Shown piece after piece: positions 31,007 to 32,000 of a stretch of DNA of 32,000 bases. Position 1 is the stretch's first letter. Each line of letters begins with the position of its first letter. The stretch is taken from NCBI RefSeq assembly GCF_000195855.1, contig NC_002677.1:720001-752000 (forward strand). The letters are read 5' to 3'. Both the position numbers and the translations under genes were made by a program. This DNA comes from Mycobacterium leprae TN (lineage in GTDB: Bacteria > Actinomycetota > Actinomycetes > Mycobacteriales > Mycobacteriaceae). A model generated the notes under the pieces. That model was not told where the DNA came from. It did not search any database and saw only the letters and a program-made list of their open reading frames with translations.

Positions 31007-31900
31007 ATGAAGGGACTGGCCAGGACACGCACAACGATCATCGTGCGCGAACGTCTACAAACTCTATGGCCACTTCGTGGCCTTGGGCCACGTGGCGTCA
31101 TCGTGCCCGCCAGTTTGCTGATGGCGTTGTTGGGGCCTAGCGGTTCGGGTAAGTTGACGCTGCTGCGCATCATCGCCGGCCTTGACCACCCGGACACCGA
31201 AACCATCACAATCACGGTCGCGACGTTACCCAGGTGCTGCCGCAACGCCGCGGCATCGTTTGACATTATGTTGTCTTTGAGCACATGACTGTGCGCGACA
31301 ATGTGGCCTAAGGGCTTGAGATTCGTAGGCGCCTTAAGGTCGATCTGGTGCTGGCTCGAGCCCTGGCGGTAGATTTGCAGGTGCTGCTGTTCGATGAGTT
31401 CTTGGGCGCATTGGACGCTGAGGTTCGCTAGGATCTGCGGGTTTGGATCCAGTGCCTGCATGACGATGTGCACGTCACCACAGTGCTTGGTTCCCAAGGA
31501 TCAGGCCTAGGATCTTGACAATGTCAAGCCCAGTTATGTGGCTAACGGCAGGGCTGGGCTGGCCTCGGGGATCGTTATGGATCGCTAGGACGAAGAATTT
31601 GTCGTCGCCTTGAACGACTTTAATGTCTATGCAGCCCGCTGATGAGGATGCTACCGATGAGAAGGACGGGTCCAGGGTTGAGGAAAATTTCCTGCGACAA
31701 CTTAAGGGAGAACACTGGCATTATCTGGGGTTTCTCCATCGGTGCGCGCTGGTTGGGCTCCCAGTTTGGATGCGCTAGCTTTTTCATCGACAGCTACAGC
31801 TTTTGCTCGATGCCCCGTTCGCTCTGGGCCTCCAGAGTTTTGGCCATATACTGGCCGCAGCATGGTCCGACCCCTGCCGTGACTGGCTTGGTGTAGCCTG
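31007..31900 (+). pseudogene. cysA: Sulfate ABC transporter ATPase CysA relic (3' limit uncertain)
   Basis: Degenerate Walker [10 protein letters not shown] (31132-31158; canonical GKST). [18 protein letters not shown] is followed by a frameshift. LKIRRRLK runs directly into LARALAVDLQVLLFDEFLGALDAEVR, so the Q-loop-to-signature (LSGGQ) segment is missing. DDVHVTTVL is followed by stops. Confidence 0.75.
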
Positions 31901-32000
31901 GCTTACCGGGCAGTACCCGGCTTGGTTTACACCCTTTTGCCGGAGTAGCCCGACAAAATGTACTGTCATCAGGTGGCTTGGTCTGTACATTACTGCAAGC

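Overview
The window looks like a reductively evolving mycobacterial chromosome, most consistent with Mycobacterium leprae or a very close relative. This is inferred from gene content, from gene order recalled from memory of M. tuberculosis H37Rv, and from the pseudogene load; no database was searched. Four islands of intact genes sit among decayed DNA. (i) 1-5326: the suf Fe-S assembly operon (sufB 3' part carrying an intein, sufD, sufC, sufS, sufU, DUF59), tightly coupled. (ii) 15146-20050: holA, rpsT on the minus strand, and an intact three-gene cassette of circularly permuted ATP-grasp, alpha-E and transglutaminase-like proteins (Rv2411c-Rv2409c type). (iii) 22716-24656: lepA. (iv) 27861-29428: a small membrane ORF plus the sulfate-binding lipoprotein gene subI. 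More than half of the window consists of frameshifted, stop-riddled or internally deleted relics. These are a FadE5/FadE15-like acyl-CoA dehydrogenase, an IS3-family transposase, two tandem acyl-CoA dehydrogenases, comEA/comEC, a PE gene, RNase Z, a CBS-domain gene, an Rv2405-position gene, a GH15 glucoamylase-like gene, an FAD monooxygenase and cysT/cysW/cysA. I saw no rRNA, tRNA or CRISPR array. The most interesting item is the uncharacterised ATP-grasp/alpha-E/transglutaminase cassette. It is fully intact, joined by TGATG overlaps, and preceded by a structured divergent control region, while most of its neighbours have decayed. Secondary items are an orphan intact subI next to dead cysTWA, a ~9.8 kb gene desert at a synteny junction containing an IS3 relic and a strongly strand-skewed tract, and the sufB intein with a LAGLIDADG block. 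All pseudogene boundaries are approximate (tens of bp).
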